The notes beneath the pieces are model-generated. The model saw only the letters and a program-made list of their open reading frames with translations. It had not been told where the DNA came from and did not search any database. Shown piece by piece: positions 1-12,049 of a stretch of 64,000 nt of DNA; the stretch's first letter is position 1, and every line of letters starts with the position of its first letter. Location of the stretch: contig NC_043020.1 of the NCBI RefSeq assembly GCF_006345805.1, positions 31,139,756-31,203,755 on the forward strand, read 5' to 3'. Source of the DNA: Octopus sinensis. Its lineage: Eukaryota. A program made the translations under genes and the position numbers.

Positions 1-209
1 ATCTCATTTTCATTCTCTCTTTCTTTCTCTTTTCCTATGTCCTCCTCTATCTCTCTCATTCTTACTCTCTTTCTATGTCTCTTAATCTCCCCTTCCACTG
101 TCTTTCTGATCTGTTTCTTTTTACTAGTCTCTATTTCTTTTAACATACTCTTCACTTTATCTAGTTGTTTATCTTATTTATTCACAATACTTTTCTCTCT
201 TTCTTCACT

Positions 210-423
210 TTATGCTCCCCCCACCTCCACTTCATCTTCCCTTCTTCGTCTTATTGGCGCGAAACTGTGTTTTATGTCGTCAGAGCTTAAAGTATTTTCC
301 TCGGGGATTTCTTCTGAATGTAATTCCTTGTTTTCAATGCTTCTTCCATTTGTTTTGCAAAGAAATTTATTTCTAGCGTGCTTCTGTTGTCTTGGTAACA
401 TAGCAAACCCACAAAACCTCTCG
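210..423 (-). other. Possible terminal coding exon of an unidentified host gene
   Basis: Acceptor-like ttattcttcAG at 425-424 on the minus strand, followed by non-repetitive sequence with two open frames (RGFVGLLCYQDNRST... to stop at 287; ERFCGFAMLPRQQKHARNK... to stop at 210). No recognisable domain. Confidence 0.2.
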
Positions 424-468
424 CTGAAGAATAATACAGATTTAGAATAACACAAACACACACATACA

Positions 469-469
<1 letters not shown>

Positions 470-519
<50 letters not shown>

Positions 520-725
520 TCTCTCTTTCTCTCTCTCACACACACACACAAAAGAGGAAGACAAGTACACAGATGTGAGAGAAAACAAATTGAGGAAAGG
601 AAACGGAAATGTAGAATGTAAGAGGGTAAAAGGGAAACAGATAAAGGTCGTAGGAAGAAATTGTGGTTAGATTTAGGACGAAAAATATGCATAGATACAT
701 AAATACATATGTTTTTATGTGTGTA

Positions 726-761
<36 letters not shown>

Positions 762-1000
762 CACACACACATATATATATATACGCTTAAATATTTGTTG
801 TGCAAGAATTTTTATGTGAAGTCGTGTGTTGAAACAGATATTGTTATATTTCGGAATGGTCATATTGCCAGTTTAGCCAATAAAAACACACGCACTATAT
901 ATTTATATATATACATATATATATACATACACACACACACACACATATATATATATACAAATACACACACACACACACACATATATATATCTCTTCTATA
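470..1000. repeat. Compound (CT)n/(CA)n/(TA)n microsatellite cluster
   Basis: Dinucleotide runs directly visible. Confidence 0.95.
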
Positions 1001-1623
1001 AAATCCGTTATATCTGTCTGTGTGTGTGTGTCTTCTCGGATCTCTGGCATCCTCCATCCATTGCGCTCAAATTTGATATGTAGATACCGACGGTATCAGG
1101 GCGTGTATAAGTCTTGAAAAAAAAAAACGATTCCAGGTGAGAATGCGATCGATAAAGCCGTTTTGCCCTGCTTTTCTTCCGTCAACCTGTATATAACTGC
1201 ACCTTCCATTTTTGTACTGCTTAAAGGCACGTTTCTTTCTTGCCAAGCTGACTGTTTAAACCATGTTTTTGTTCTCCCAGTCAACAGCCTTATCATTACT
1301 GGTACTTTAAACTCTTCGGTTGCACATTTGTGTGAATAAAATCGTTTTTCTTTGGAATAGAAAAAAGTCTATCCTTAATTCTTCTTTTACTGGTGTCTCA
1401 AGTTTAGGTTAAATCAGTGTTTCTCAAAGGGGTGGCCTATGGGACAGTCGAACAAGTTGTTTTGAGAAAATTTGGTTTAAATGTTTAACTCAGTACCGTC
1501 GATTGGACGAAGGGCGTTTTGCTCGTGTATATATATGTATATATATTTCTTAGTGTATCATATCTCGCTATCTAAAAGTCATCTCCTCCCCCTCTCCATT
1601 TCTTTCTCTCTTTCTTTCTTTTT

Positions 1624-1676
<53 letters not shown>

Positions 1677-1690
1677 TTTCTTTCTTTCTT

Positions 1691-1741
<51 letters not shown>

Positions 1742-1794
1742 CTATATAGTGGAATCTTTACATACATATGAGAGAATAAGGTGTACGTACGCCG

Positions 1795-1860
<66 letters not shown>

Positions 1861-1864
<4 letters not shown>

Positions 1865-1985
1865 CAAAATGGGACAAGAACGCAAAACATTCAAATAGAC
1901 CATACAAAAAACACGGACGGGTCATTCGAAGTCTCTAATCTTCAGTCAAGAACAGGATCATCCTCGCAATTTCGGCTGCCGAAAT
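1861..1985 (-). repeat. Dispersed repeat, possibly Penelope-associated (other copies 46540-46750 + and 59195-59400 -)
   Basis: Shared core ttcttgactgaaga...ttcgaatg-cc-gtccgtg in all three copies. The Penelope link is inference. Confidence 0.55.
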
Positions 1986-2120
1986 TTTTATTGACCCAGA
2001 AAGGATCAAAGGCAAAGTCAACCTCAACAGAATTTGAACTCAGAATGCAAAGATAGATGAAATGCCACTAAGTATTTTTGGCATCTGCCAACTCTCCACC
2101 TTAAATCAACCTTAAAATCA

Positions 2121-2358
2121 ATCTTATTTCTTACTACCCAAAAGGGGTTAAACACAGAGAGGACAAACAAGGACAGACAAACGGATTAAGTCGATTATAT
2201 CGACCCCAGTGCGTAACTGGTACTTATTTAATCGACCCCAAAAGGATGAAAGGCAAAGTCGACCTTGGCGGAATTTGAACTCAGAACGTAGCGGCAGACG
2301 AAATACTGCTAAGCATTTCGCCTGGCGTGCTTACGTTTCTGCCAGCTCGCCGCCTTAA
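2121..2358 (-). mobile_element. OK-type tRNA-derived SINE (degenerate partial copy also at 1985-2100)
   Basis: Minus strand begins aaggcggcgagctggcagaa (A-box-like) and contains gttctgagttcaaattcc (B-box-like), followed by a ggtcgactttgcctttcatcc core. Confidence 0.8.
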
Positions 2359-2599
2359 AATCAATCTTAGCAGGGTTTGAACTCAGAAAAGTCAGTGGTG
2401 TAAAATAAGATGTGTGCAGCATGAAAAACTATACAGGGGCCACTACTTTATATGTGTGTATATCCTGTTGGTAAAGGCATGCTTTATTTAAGGAAAGAGG
2501 TAGACAATTTGGTTATGCACAGGGCAGCCCAAACCCACACTATATCACTGCAGAAAGTGAGGAATTATGAATACTATTGCAAATAATTTTTTGTGTCAT

Positions 2600-3260
2600 C
2601 ATCATCACCATCATCGTTATTATCATCATCATTACTTAATGTTCATTTTCCATGCAGACATCGGTTGGATGGTTTTACAGGAGCTAACCAGCTGAAGAGC
2701 TGCCCAGGATCTGATTGTCTGTTTTGGCATAGTTTCTATGACTGGATGCCCTTCTAACACCAAACACTTTACAGAGTGTACTGGGTGCTTTTACACAGCA
2801 CAGGCACAGATGCATTTATATGGCACTAGTATGGATGTTTTTTACATGGCACCAGCACTCTCAAAATTAAGAACACTCAGCTAGAGAGGGACGCTGGAGA
2901 TATGCCTGTATGCAAGGACAACCACACTTTTACTTAGTTTGATGTATCTTCTCAAACACAGCAAACTGCCAGGAGTCTCGGTCCCCTGTCATCCCTTATG
3001 TAAGGCTCATTGTCTATAGATCTTTTCTCACCACTTCATACCATGTCTTCCTGGATCAATCCCTTCCACATATCCTCTCCACAATTAGAGATTAGTACCT
3101 CTTGATGCAACTGTCTTCATTCATATGCATTACATGACTGCACCGGTGCCGTCTTCTCTCTTGCCCACCACATCTGATGCCTCATTTACCCAGTTTTCCT
3201 CTCAAATCACTTACACTCTGCTGTATATGCACACCGACATTACCCATCTAGAGGCGTATA
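2600..3260 (-). mobile_element. Old RTE LINE 3' remnant (ORF end plus 3' UTR with (GAT)n tail)
   Basis: Diverged match to the clearer copy at 17788-18805, including the catcat tail and ggatgcccttc motif. Confidence 0.7.
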
Positions 3261-3341
3261 CCAATTAAATGGATTTATGAATATAAAATAATGATTTCTG
3301 GCATAGACACAAGGCTCAAAATGTTAGTAGTGAGAAACATA

Positions 3342-3821
3342 CCATTAATCCTCGAGTATAGTCCACCCTTGAGTATAATACGCAAGGGATTTTTAGGGAG
3401 CTGTACCTCTGAAAAACCTAAACCTTGTGTATAACACGCACTCCTTCTCTAACTTGAGTCAAGGAAGTCTATATAACGTCCTTGGTTTGTAAAACTTTTT
3501 ACAGTAACGTCCTTTATTATTATTGTACATATAACATAATGCAAACGTGTAGCTTTTTTGTGCATTTTGTTTGCTGAAAATAAAGAAATAACAGTAATAA
3601 CGTTTAATAAGTGTTGCTAACTGCAAGTCATGGATGATTTAAGGTATTTTCGCGCCCGACATCCAAAAATGTGTTTGAATAAACATTGCCGGACAGCAAA
3701 TAGAAACTCGGGCATTGCTTAGAAAATAATTTTCATTTTTAACCTCGTATATAGTATGCACTAGGGATTTTGACCTTTACATTTTGGGGGGAAAATGCGG
3801 ATTATACTCGAGGATTTACGG
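3342..3821. mobile_element. Tc1/mariner-superfamily (pogo/Tigger-like) MITE, 480 bp
   Basis: Terminal inverted repeats CCATTAATCCTCGAGTATAGTCC / GGATTATACTCGAGGATTTACGG, flanked by TA on both sides (3340-3341, 3822-3823). No coding capacity. Confidence 0.85.
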
Positions 3822-4305
3822 TAGTTGTTTTAATTTACTTCAGTACCTGATTAGTACTTTTCTTTTTACATTGGAAGACTGAAAATTGAAGTCAAACCAA
3901 GTAGGATTTGAACTTACCAATTTTGCCAATCAGTCACAGATAAAAGGTCATGTACATTAGATGTAATGCAACATGTTTTAAAATCAACCTCAAATTTGTT
4001 CACTATAGACTGGTGTTTCTCTACCATTTTTTGCCTACCCCTTTGATTTCTATTTTACTCAGAAGGACCCTCATAGAGATTTGATATTTAAAAAAACTCC
4101 TATTGTATTTTTATAATTAAATATTATTAGGATTTTTATTTTAAAAAATTGTTAAAACATCAAGTGTTTTGGAGAAGTACCTTATATACTCGACTATAAA
4201 ACACCTTTGCCTATAAGATGCACTCTAGACTTATAAGGTTAGGGTTAGGGAAAAAAGTAAAAATTGAAGAATTTGGGGCGGAGAGGGGGGGGGCATTTAA
4301 CACTA

Positions 4306-4374
4306 CCGATTTTTGGCAATTTTCCGGAATCTCCGTATCCGGAAACAGCAAATTTGGGAGAAAATGGCGGAAGT
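4306..4374 (+). promoter_or_regulatory. Promoter-like cluster: ETS-type CCGGAA x2, CGGAAGT and YY1-type AAAATGGCGG
   Basis: CCGGAA at 4324 and 4339, AAAATGGCGG at 4361-4370, CGGAAGT at 4368-4374. Function is inferred only from motif density. Confidence 0.35.
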
Positions 4375-4460
4375 TTTGTGTCAGTTATGATGTATAGGGA
4401 TAAATATATTGATTCTTAAACAAGAGACCTTTTTCTACCACCTACCTTCACACACACCTT

Positions 4461-4520
4461 TAAAAATAAGTCTATTACTTCAAAAATAAGTCTATTACTT
4501 CAAAAATAAGTCTATTACTT
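4461..4520. repeat. 20-bp tandem repeat x3 (aaaaataagtctattacttc)
   Basis: Three adjacent copies. A single copy is present in the paralogous segments near 7350 and 49258. Confidence 0.95.
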
Positions 4521-5123
4521 AGAAAGGGGATTAAAATTTAAAGGAGCGGGTGTTTAGCAATTTTCTGTTACATCAAGCTAAAAAATTTGCTCCAGCCTTT
4601 TAATCGTCAATGTGTTGCCGTCCATGATGAAGAAGTTTTGAATGCTTGCCATCGTGAGTCTACTGTCGTGAGAAAGAATCAAGTCAAAACTTGGTTTTTA
4701 GGGATTTTCTTTTACATCAAGTTCAAAATTTTACGCCAGCCGTTGAACGGTCAATACGTTGCTGTCCGTCGTTAAGAAATGCCAGCCATGGTGACTCTAC
4801 TATCCTCAAATTCTATCCTTCAAACTTTGGTTTCCAATATTTTATTATTTTTATTCAGCTCGCAAGTTCGTCTGTCCCTTTTAAATGTTAGTGTTTTGCT
4901 GTCTGTCTTGAAGCAGACCTTTCCTTTGTAACTGCCTGATATTTATGATTGATCTTTCTAAATATTTTATTTCTCAACTTACTCAAGATATTTTGTTGTT
5001 TATAAATGGGAGAGAGATAGATAAAGATAGAGAGTAAGAGAAAGCGAGGGAGAGTCCGAGAGAAAGGAAGAGTAAGAGAGTGGGAAAGTGAGAGAGAAAG
5101 GAGAAAGAAACAAAGAGGGAGAA

Positions 5124-5437
5124 TCATCATCATCATCATCATCGTTAACGTCCGTTTTCCGTGCTAGCACGGGTTGGACAGTTTGACAGGGGTCTGGGAA
5201 GCCAGGAGGCTGCACCAGGCTCCAGTCTGATCTGGCAGTGTTTCGACAGGTGGATGCCCTTCCTAACGCCAACCACTCTGTGAGCGTAGTGGGTGCTTTT
5301 TTCGTGCCGCCTGCACAGGTGCCAGGGGGGCTGGCAGCGGCCACGATCGGTTGGTGCTTTTTACGTGTCACTGGCACAGAAGCCAGTCAAGGCGGCGCTG
5401 CAATCCGCCACGTTCGGATGGTGCTTTTTACGTGCTG
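5124..5437 (-). mobile_element. RTE LINE 3' UTR fragment with (GAT)n tail
   Basis: Near match to 17788-18100 (catcatcatcgtt...ggatgcccttcctaacgccaaccactc). Confidence 0.8.
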
Positions 5438-6004
5438 AAAGGAAGCAACAGAAAGTAACAACCACACTCTTACCCGCGCGTAGAGCGGGTCACCTTCAGC
5501 TAGTATATATATATATATATATATATATACACGACGGGCTTCTTCAGTTTCCGTCTACCAAATCTACTCACAAGGTACCATGCAGTGGGATAGAACCCAG
5601 AAGGTTCGTAAGCAAGCTACTTACCACACAGCCACTCATATATATACGCATACACACGACTGGTTTTATTCATTTTCCAGGTACCCAATAGACTCAAAAT
5701 GTCATGCAATGGGATAATGGTGATAATTCAGAGATTTAAATGAAATAAGGATGATTATAGTTGGAAGGGCAACTCTACTGAAATAAAAAGCATCAAGTCC
5801 TCAATACCTTTTGGTAGCAGCAACATTAGCATTTTGGATATAATTCATCTGTTTTTGTGGATCATAGAATCATCCATGACGGACGTGTAGAAGTCAGTTA
5901 TGTCTACTAAAAAATATATCAACATCATTTAACGTCTGTCTTCCTATAACAGTTGACTACAATGCTGCTATGCCAGTCATTGGGTATAATACCTTTCTAT
6001 ATAT

Positions 6005-6497
6005 CCTGATTAACTATATGGGTGAAGAGTGTCAGACTGCCAGAAGGGAAGCTAGGAGGCAGGTTTATTTAGCCAGAGGAGAAGCAGATAAGAAAAAATT
6101 TGCCAATGTTCTGCGCCGTGAAGACAAAAGACTTGAGGTATTTCGTGTTGCAAGACAGTGTGTGAGAGAGAATCGTGATGTGGTAGGAAAGAAATGTGTT
6201 TGCATGGATAATGGTTCACTTGCGCTAAATGTGGCTGCAAAGAGAGAGGTTTGGAGACGCCACTATGAAAGGTTGCTGAATAAAGAAAATGAATGGGATA
6301 AATAGAGTCTGCTGAATGTCGAGCCAACTGAGGGACCAGCTATCCGAGTTGACAGTACCTTGGTAGATAAGGTAATTAGAAGTATGAAGACAGGGAAAGC
6401 GCCATGCCCATCAGGAATTACTGCAGAGATGCTCAAAATATCTAGCGGTGTTGGCTATAGCCTAGTCACCCGTATAGTTAATCAGGTGATACAAGAA
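6005..6497 (+). pseudogene. RTE LINE ORF fragment (region upstream of the RT domain)
   Basis: AKREVWRRHYERLLNKENEWD and KVIRSMKTGKAPCPSGITAEMLK resemble the RTE pre-RT K-A-x-G-x-x-G-I-x-A-E-M-L-K motif; contains a stop. Confidence 0.8.
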
Positions 6498-6816
6498 GCC
6501 CGAAATTTACTTCAATCCCATCTCATAGAATTCATGTGGCGTTATGAATTTAAGGACGAAATCTTCGGAAAGTCATTGGAACAAATTCGACATCTATATC
6601 CATGCGTTTGAGATCTTACAGAGTCTAGCATAAGTATCACATTTATTTTAAAACTTAACTTCAAACTTCATTTGTTTTATATTTTGATAAATTCCCTCTG
6701 TTGAAAATTATATTTTTTATATTCTAAATAATTTGCAATTTCAGAAAATATATTAACTTTGCATTTTTTAATTTGATAAATTCTACGGAAACAAACGAAG
6801 GTGCACGAGTGACCCC
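6497..6816 (+). mobile_element. Merlin (ISXO2-like) DNA transposon 3' remnant
   Basis: Translation LLQSHLIEFMWR...IFGKSLEQIRHLYP matches the ISXO2-like transposase C-terminus. The putative TIR end ...gtgcacgagtgacccc is speculative. Confidence 0.6.
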
Positions 6817-7640
6817 AGATTGACGTCACACTTTTTTACTTTCCTCCTGACAGCTAATTCTCCGGTAGTGTTCTGGAATGTTCTCCTCCATTTGGAACTT
6901 TGATTTCTCTTCAATCTGGAAATATTTGTCTTGTTTTTTCACTGAAAATTGTTTATAAGTTAGTGCTTTTATGAATACATATTACTTAAAATGAATTTCG
7001 ACGAGTAACGTTTGTAAACAAACAGTTTTCTGTATATGAGAGAAGTGAATATGGACTGCCGTGAAAATATCCAAAAGTTAGTTTTTATTTTTATTTATAA
7101 CTCACTGAAAAAGATTTGTCCTGCTTCTAAGAATTGTGAAATAAGTCAACAGAAGAATTTCCAGTCATAAATTCTCGAAGTTGCTGTTTGTCCTCCACCG
7201 AAAAAGTAAGAATTTATTAATATTATTGTCAAACCATTTATCTTCTTAAGTTTTGTGTCAATTATGATGTATAGGGATAAATATATTGATTCTTAACAAG
7301 AGACTTCTTTCTACAACCTTACCTTCACACACACACACACACACCTTTAAAAATAAGTCTATTACTTCAAATGTTAATGGTTTCTGTTAAGACTCAGCAA
7401 TTTTTAAACGAGTTCTTGACTAGAATTTGGTTTGTCAACTGTTAAAATAACTTTCAGTTCTTTAGACGTTCACATGATTAACAAGGCTAACGTGGGGTGG
7501 CTAGAAATAGCAGTCAAATTACTCTCAGATCCATACAAGATCATGCAATTGTTCAGTCTAGGAGCCCAATAACAAATCAACTTAGTTGTTTATTAAAGAA
7601 ATCGATATTTAGAGAGTGAAAACGTGTTTTTCTCTCTTTT

Positions 7641-7744
7641 TGCTGGAGCACCGACTTTGGTCGAGCAAATCGACCCCAGGACTTATTCTTTGTAAGCCTA
7701 GTACTTATCTCTATCGGTCTCTATTGCCGTAAACACAACGCACG

Positions 7745-7788
<44 letters not shown>

Positions 7789-7801
7789 ACACATATATAT
7801 A

Positions 7802-7842
<41 letters not shown>

Positions 7843-7980
7843 CGACGGGCTTCTTCAGTTTCCGTCTACCAAATCCACTCACAAGACTATAGTAGAAGAT
7901 ACTTGCCCAAGGTGCCATGCAGTGGGATAGAACCCGGAACCATGTGGTTCGTAAGCAAGCTACTTACCACACAGCCACTC
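7641..7980 (-). mobile_element. OR-type tRNA-derived SINE with internal (CA)n/(TA)n (paralog 49549-49877)
   Basis: Minus strand head gagtggctgtgtggtaagtagcttgc...gggttctatcccactgc; tail ...ggtgctccagca. More than 15 further partial copies occur across the window. Confidence 0.85.
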
Positions 7981-9008
7981 ATATATATACACATACACAC
8001 GACTGGTTTTATTCATTTTCCAGGAGGGTGGACTGCTAAAAAATGCAGTGAAATCTGGATATGCTAGAAACAGCAGTCAAATCTCTTATATGGAAATCTT
8101 CATGTGTGAGTGTGCGTGTGTGCTAGTCACCCACCCCCACATTCGCTGGAAACCGATGTCGGTGTGTTTATGTCGACGAAGCTGAGCGCCTTGGCAAAAA
8201 GTGACCGATGGAATAAGTACTAGGCTTACAAGGAATAAGTCCTGGGATCGATTTGTTTCGACTAAAGGCGGTGCTCCAGCATAGCCGCAGTCAACATGTG
8301 GGAAAAAAAGTCAAAACTGAAGAAGTTGGGGGGAAAGGCGGGGACAAAGTTTCACAATTCCGATTTTTGGCAATTTTCCGAAAACGGGGATTTTTGGCAG
8401 ACACAAAAAAGGAATTACAAATTAATTTACACCATGGAAATACGGAACTATGGCGGCTGAAAATTGGTGTCTGACTTTTTGCAAAGCATTGTGGGATTGT
8501 CGTCTGTATGATTTGAATGGCGCGAGATTCAGTTTTTTATTGAAATTTTTATTGAATATTGGTCCTGCAGAGTGAAAGAAGTAAGTAAGAAACTATTATT
8601 AGACTGGAGAATCATACTCCACATCCCCATTAAGGACTTTTCGTTTTCAATGTACTCGAGTGTTGTTGTTTATGTTATTGTTGTGAAGTGTGGTTGCATG
8701 TTCGAAATGTAATTAGATAAGTTTTCAACAGACATTCTAACTGATTTGTCAGTCGAGAAGCATACAATCTCTCTATTTTTTAATTTGTTATGGCCTTTCT
8801 TAATTTTGGTGTCAAGATCACGGGTCTTATTTTTTGTTCGTTTTTGTTTATGCCTTTGGTGTAATTAGAGAAAGCTGACAGGAGTTTGGATTTAGTAAGG
8901 GTAAACTTTGCTGTACTGGAACGAAAACAATTGCAGCATGGAAGGTGTTTATAAGCCATTTAAGAAACACACAAAAACCGTTAGATTCACTTTAATATTT
9001 AAATTTAA

Positions 9009-9059
9009 TTTGTCAAAATATTTTCGTTGTTTTGAGACTGCGACTTCTTCACTGACAAA
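9009..9059 (-). ncRNA. Degenerate minimal hammerhead-like motif (paralog 50911-50958)
   Basis: Minus strand: stem I UUUGUCA/UGACAAA, core GUGAAGA (G at position 3 instead of C), imperfect stem II, GAAA, palindromic AAUAUU stem III. Confidence 0.35.
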
Positions 9060-9363
9060 ATTCCGTGCTGCATCTGAGAAAGTAACAGTTAGTTCATGAT
9101 ATATATGTACGTACGTATGTATGTATGTATATGTGTACATGTATGTGCGCATGCCTATACGCATGTATGTATGTACTTATGTACTTGTGAGTATTTAGGA
9201 GAAATAGACGTGTCTGTGTGTGTACATGTGTATGTACTTGCGAACGTATGTTTATGTAATATGTGTCAGTTCAATTTGTATACTTGACTGTTACCTTGCC
9301 ACTCGCTATGCAAGTACATCTCTTTCTCTCTCTCGCTCTCTCTCTCGCTCTCTCTCTCTCTCT

Positions 9364-9444
<81 letters not shown>

Positions 9445-11289
9445 CAGATTGTAACATAGATAAATATATAGACAGAAATAGATAGAGTCAGAAGAATAGA
9501 CATACCAACTACCAAACACCTAGAAAGATAGACTGCTTGATAGCTCGATAAATAGATAGATGCTTATGTTTTTTTATTGCTACTCATCACTCATTTTGTC
9601 CATTTTATGTTTCTCACCTGTACTGCCCTTTGTAAAGAATTAGCAAACTGAGCTGTTTTGCAATAAAGGCTTGAATGGATTGAGAGCCATATGATAAACT
9701 GGTGAAGGAAGCATGGATTTAAACTCTGCCTTATTAGTTGCTCATTGGTGAAATAGCATAAAAAATATTGTTTATGGTTAAGATTTCTTAATTAATATCA
9801 GTTTCTATATTAGTGTATGCATCTTTAGTGAAATGATGATGAACTCTCTTACAATATGACTATGTGAATTGCTGAAATTATGGTATATTGTAAATTTCAC
9901 GAATATTTGAATGACAGGAAAGCTATCCTGTTTCCTAACATGCAGATTTATTTTTCCCAAGTCATTTGATTAATTGGTCATGTTTGTAAAACAGGGGAAT
10001 GCCTCAAATTTTAGAGGAAGTGGTTAATTGATTAAATTGATCTTATTACTTGACTTGCACTTTTTTTATCAACGATGAAAGGAAGAGAAACAAAGTTAGC
10101 CTCAACAGGATTTGAAACTAGAATATAAAGAGCTGGTAGAAATATTGGAAGGTATTTTGCCAACACTCTAACAATTGTGCCTCTCCACCATCTTAAGTTT
10201 AATAGAATAAAATCTGTGAATGAATTTTTATGAATTTCTTGTGTAGTTTTAATGAAAGTTGGTCTCACATTGCTTGCATTTATATCTTTCCTGAGACATG
10301 TAAAAGTTTCCATTTGTATAATACTTGGCTGCTTGTCACTTCAAATAAAGAGTAGTGAACTGATATTAAAGCCAAAATTTTCCTTTCGCTACTATTAGGA
10401 TGTTTTTCATTTTTACTTTCAGGGTTAACAAATGAATGATTACACTTATTGGTTTACATGCGAACTTTTGTTTATTTTATATCCTTCTATATGTTGGATA
10501 TGCAAATTTCACGAAGCAGGGATAGACACAACTGTCTTCACACAACCTACTTCAGATTACTCCACTAAACACAATACTCTAGTAAATAGAAACTCTGAAC
10601 AATGTCAACAACTTCCATGAACTCCCAATGACTCTCTTTGTCTCAACCAATATGCTAATTTTTTTATAAGAGTTTTGCTAGTCCATTCTTCCAATCCCAT
10701 AGGGGTGCCAATGACTCTCACCACAACAGTTTATACATGTATATTTTACCAAAACAAGTATCCCCATGCGAAGCTTCACCTGTATGTAAGTACATAACTT
10801 TTTTGTTAATTTAAGTTTTCTGTTAGTTAACCATAGCTGTTTGTAAATTGAACACCTGTTTCTCTGTGTATATTGAACAATTTCCATAAGATATATATGT
10901 TTGCAAATGTAAAATATGTTTGTTTCCCAATGCCATGGTTTAGGGTCTAGTTCTACTGTGTGGCATTTTGGGCAAGAGTCTTCGACTATAGGTAGAGATC
11001 AACAAATGCATTTTTAGTGAAAGTGGTTGATGGGAACTATATGAAGCTTATTGCATGTGTGTGTATACACCATATCAATTATGTGATGCATGTTATAGGT
11101 AACTGTTGACAAAAAGTGCAAAATACTCATTGAAAAATCAAAATAATTTAGAGTAATGTCAAGAAGGGATGTGGAATGGATAGTGAAAGGTCTGGCTTGG
11201 AAGGTGTCCCACAGTATTGCAGCCTGTGCCTATGTGTCATCTTGCTACTGCAAGAGAGTACAGACCATTGAATGTTTGTGAAATATTGG

Positions 11290-11760
11290 CATCTAAGATT
11301 ATGAACTCTTTGGATTTAGTGATTACCTTGATGTCAGTGAGATTGCCATTGTCAAACAAGAGATTTGTTACCTTAGTAAGTGTCTACCCTCCAACCATGT
11401 GTTCCTCTGAAGAGAAAAAAAAGACTAATATTTTATCTTTAATGAAAAAAGCTTCTATGCAGTGTTCTTTCTGCTTATAAAATCTTCATATTTGGTGATT
11501 TCAATGAAAGCATTTGCAGAGATAAAAAAGTTTGGGATATAATTGGGAAACATGAAGCCAGAAAATGCAATAGTAATGGCTTGTTTAGTACTGCAAGTGT
11601 GTTCGATTTTTGCATATACTGGGTAACTGTCAATCTCCTAGTGTGGAGCATGCTGTATTTGAGCACCAAATATGTGGGAGTATTTATGTGATCAAGATGA
11701 AAGGCAATTAGGTCTCTCATTAATTTCTGTTTGGTGAGTTGGCCCTGAGGAAAAATCTAG
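11290..11760 (+). pseudogene. RTE LINE apurinic-type endonuclease remnant (paralog ~53250-53730)
   Basis: LMSVRLPLSNKRFVTLVSVYPPTM, then GDFN and IIGKH...KCNSNG motifs in shifted frames. Confidence 0.8.
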
Positions 11761-12049
11761 GCAACAAATTGAAATTAAGGCATGAATGCATTAGAGACAC
11801 TTAGAGGATCTAGATCAAATTAGAGACAGTGAAAACATCACAAAGTTTTTGATGGAAAAAATTGGTTCATGTTGGAATGAGTGAATTTGAATGAATGTCA
11901 ATAAAATCTTAGTGTGCATGAAAAGCTTGAGAGAGATTTTTGAAAAGGTCTTAATATTAATGTTTCCATTGTGTTTTGCTTCAAAAACTACGTAGACATG
12001 ACAGAATTAAATAGACATCCTTATAATTGTTAAAATTTATTTAAGTTAT

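Noticed and set aside
1130-1300. Plus-strand donor CAG|GTGAGA (1137) and acceptor ttctcccAG (1280) as an intron
   Set aside because: No coherent flanking reading frame or other support.
4236-4250. TTAGGG-like motifs (also ~14665, 20435, 48300) as interstitial telomere
   Set aside because: Only two or three imperfect units, embedded in other repeats.
10032-10313. Minus-strand ORF, and a YKCKQC zinc-finger-like peptide in another frame
   Set aside because: No recognisable family; the finger lacks the conserved Leu/His and needs frameshifts. The identity between copies is explained by the conversion-like tract.
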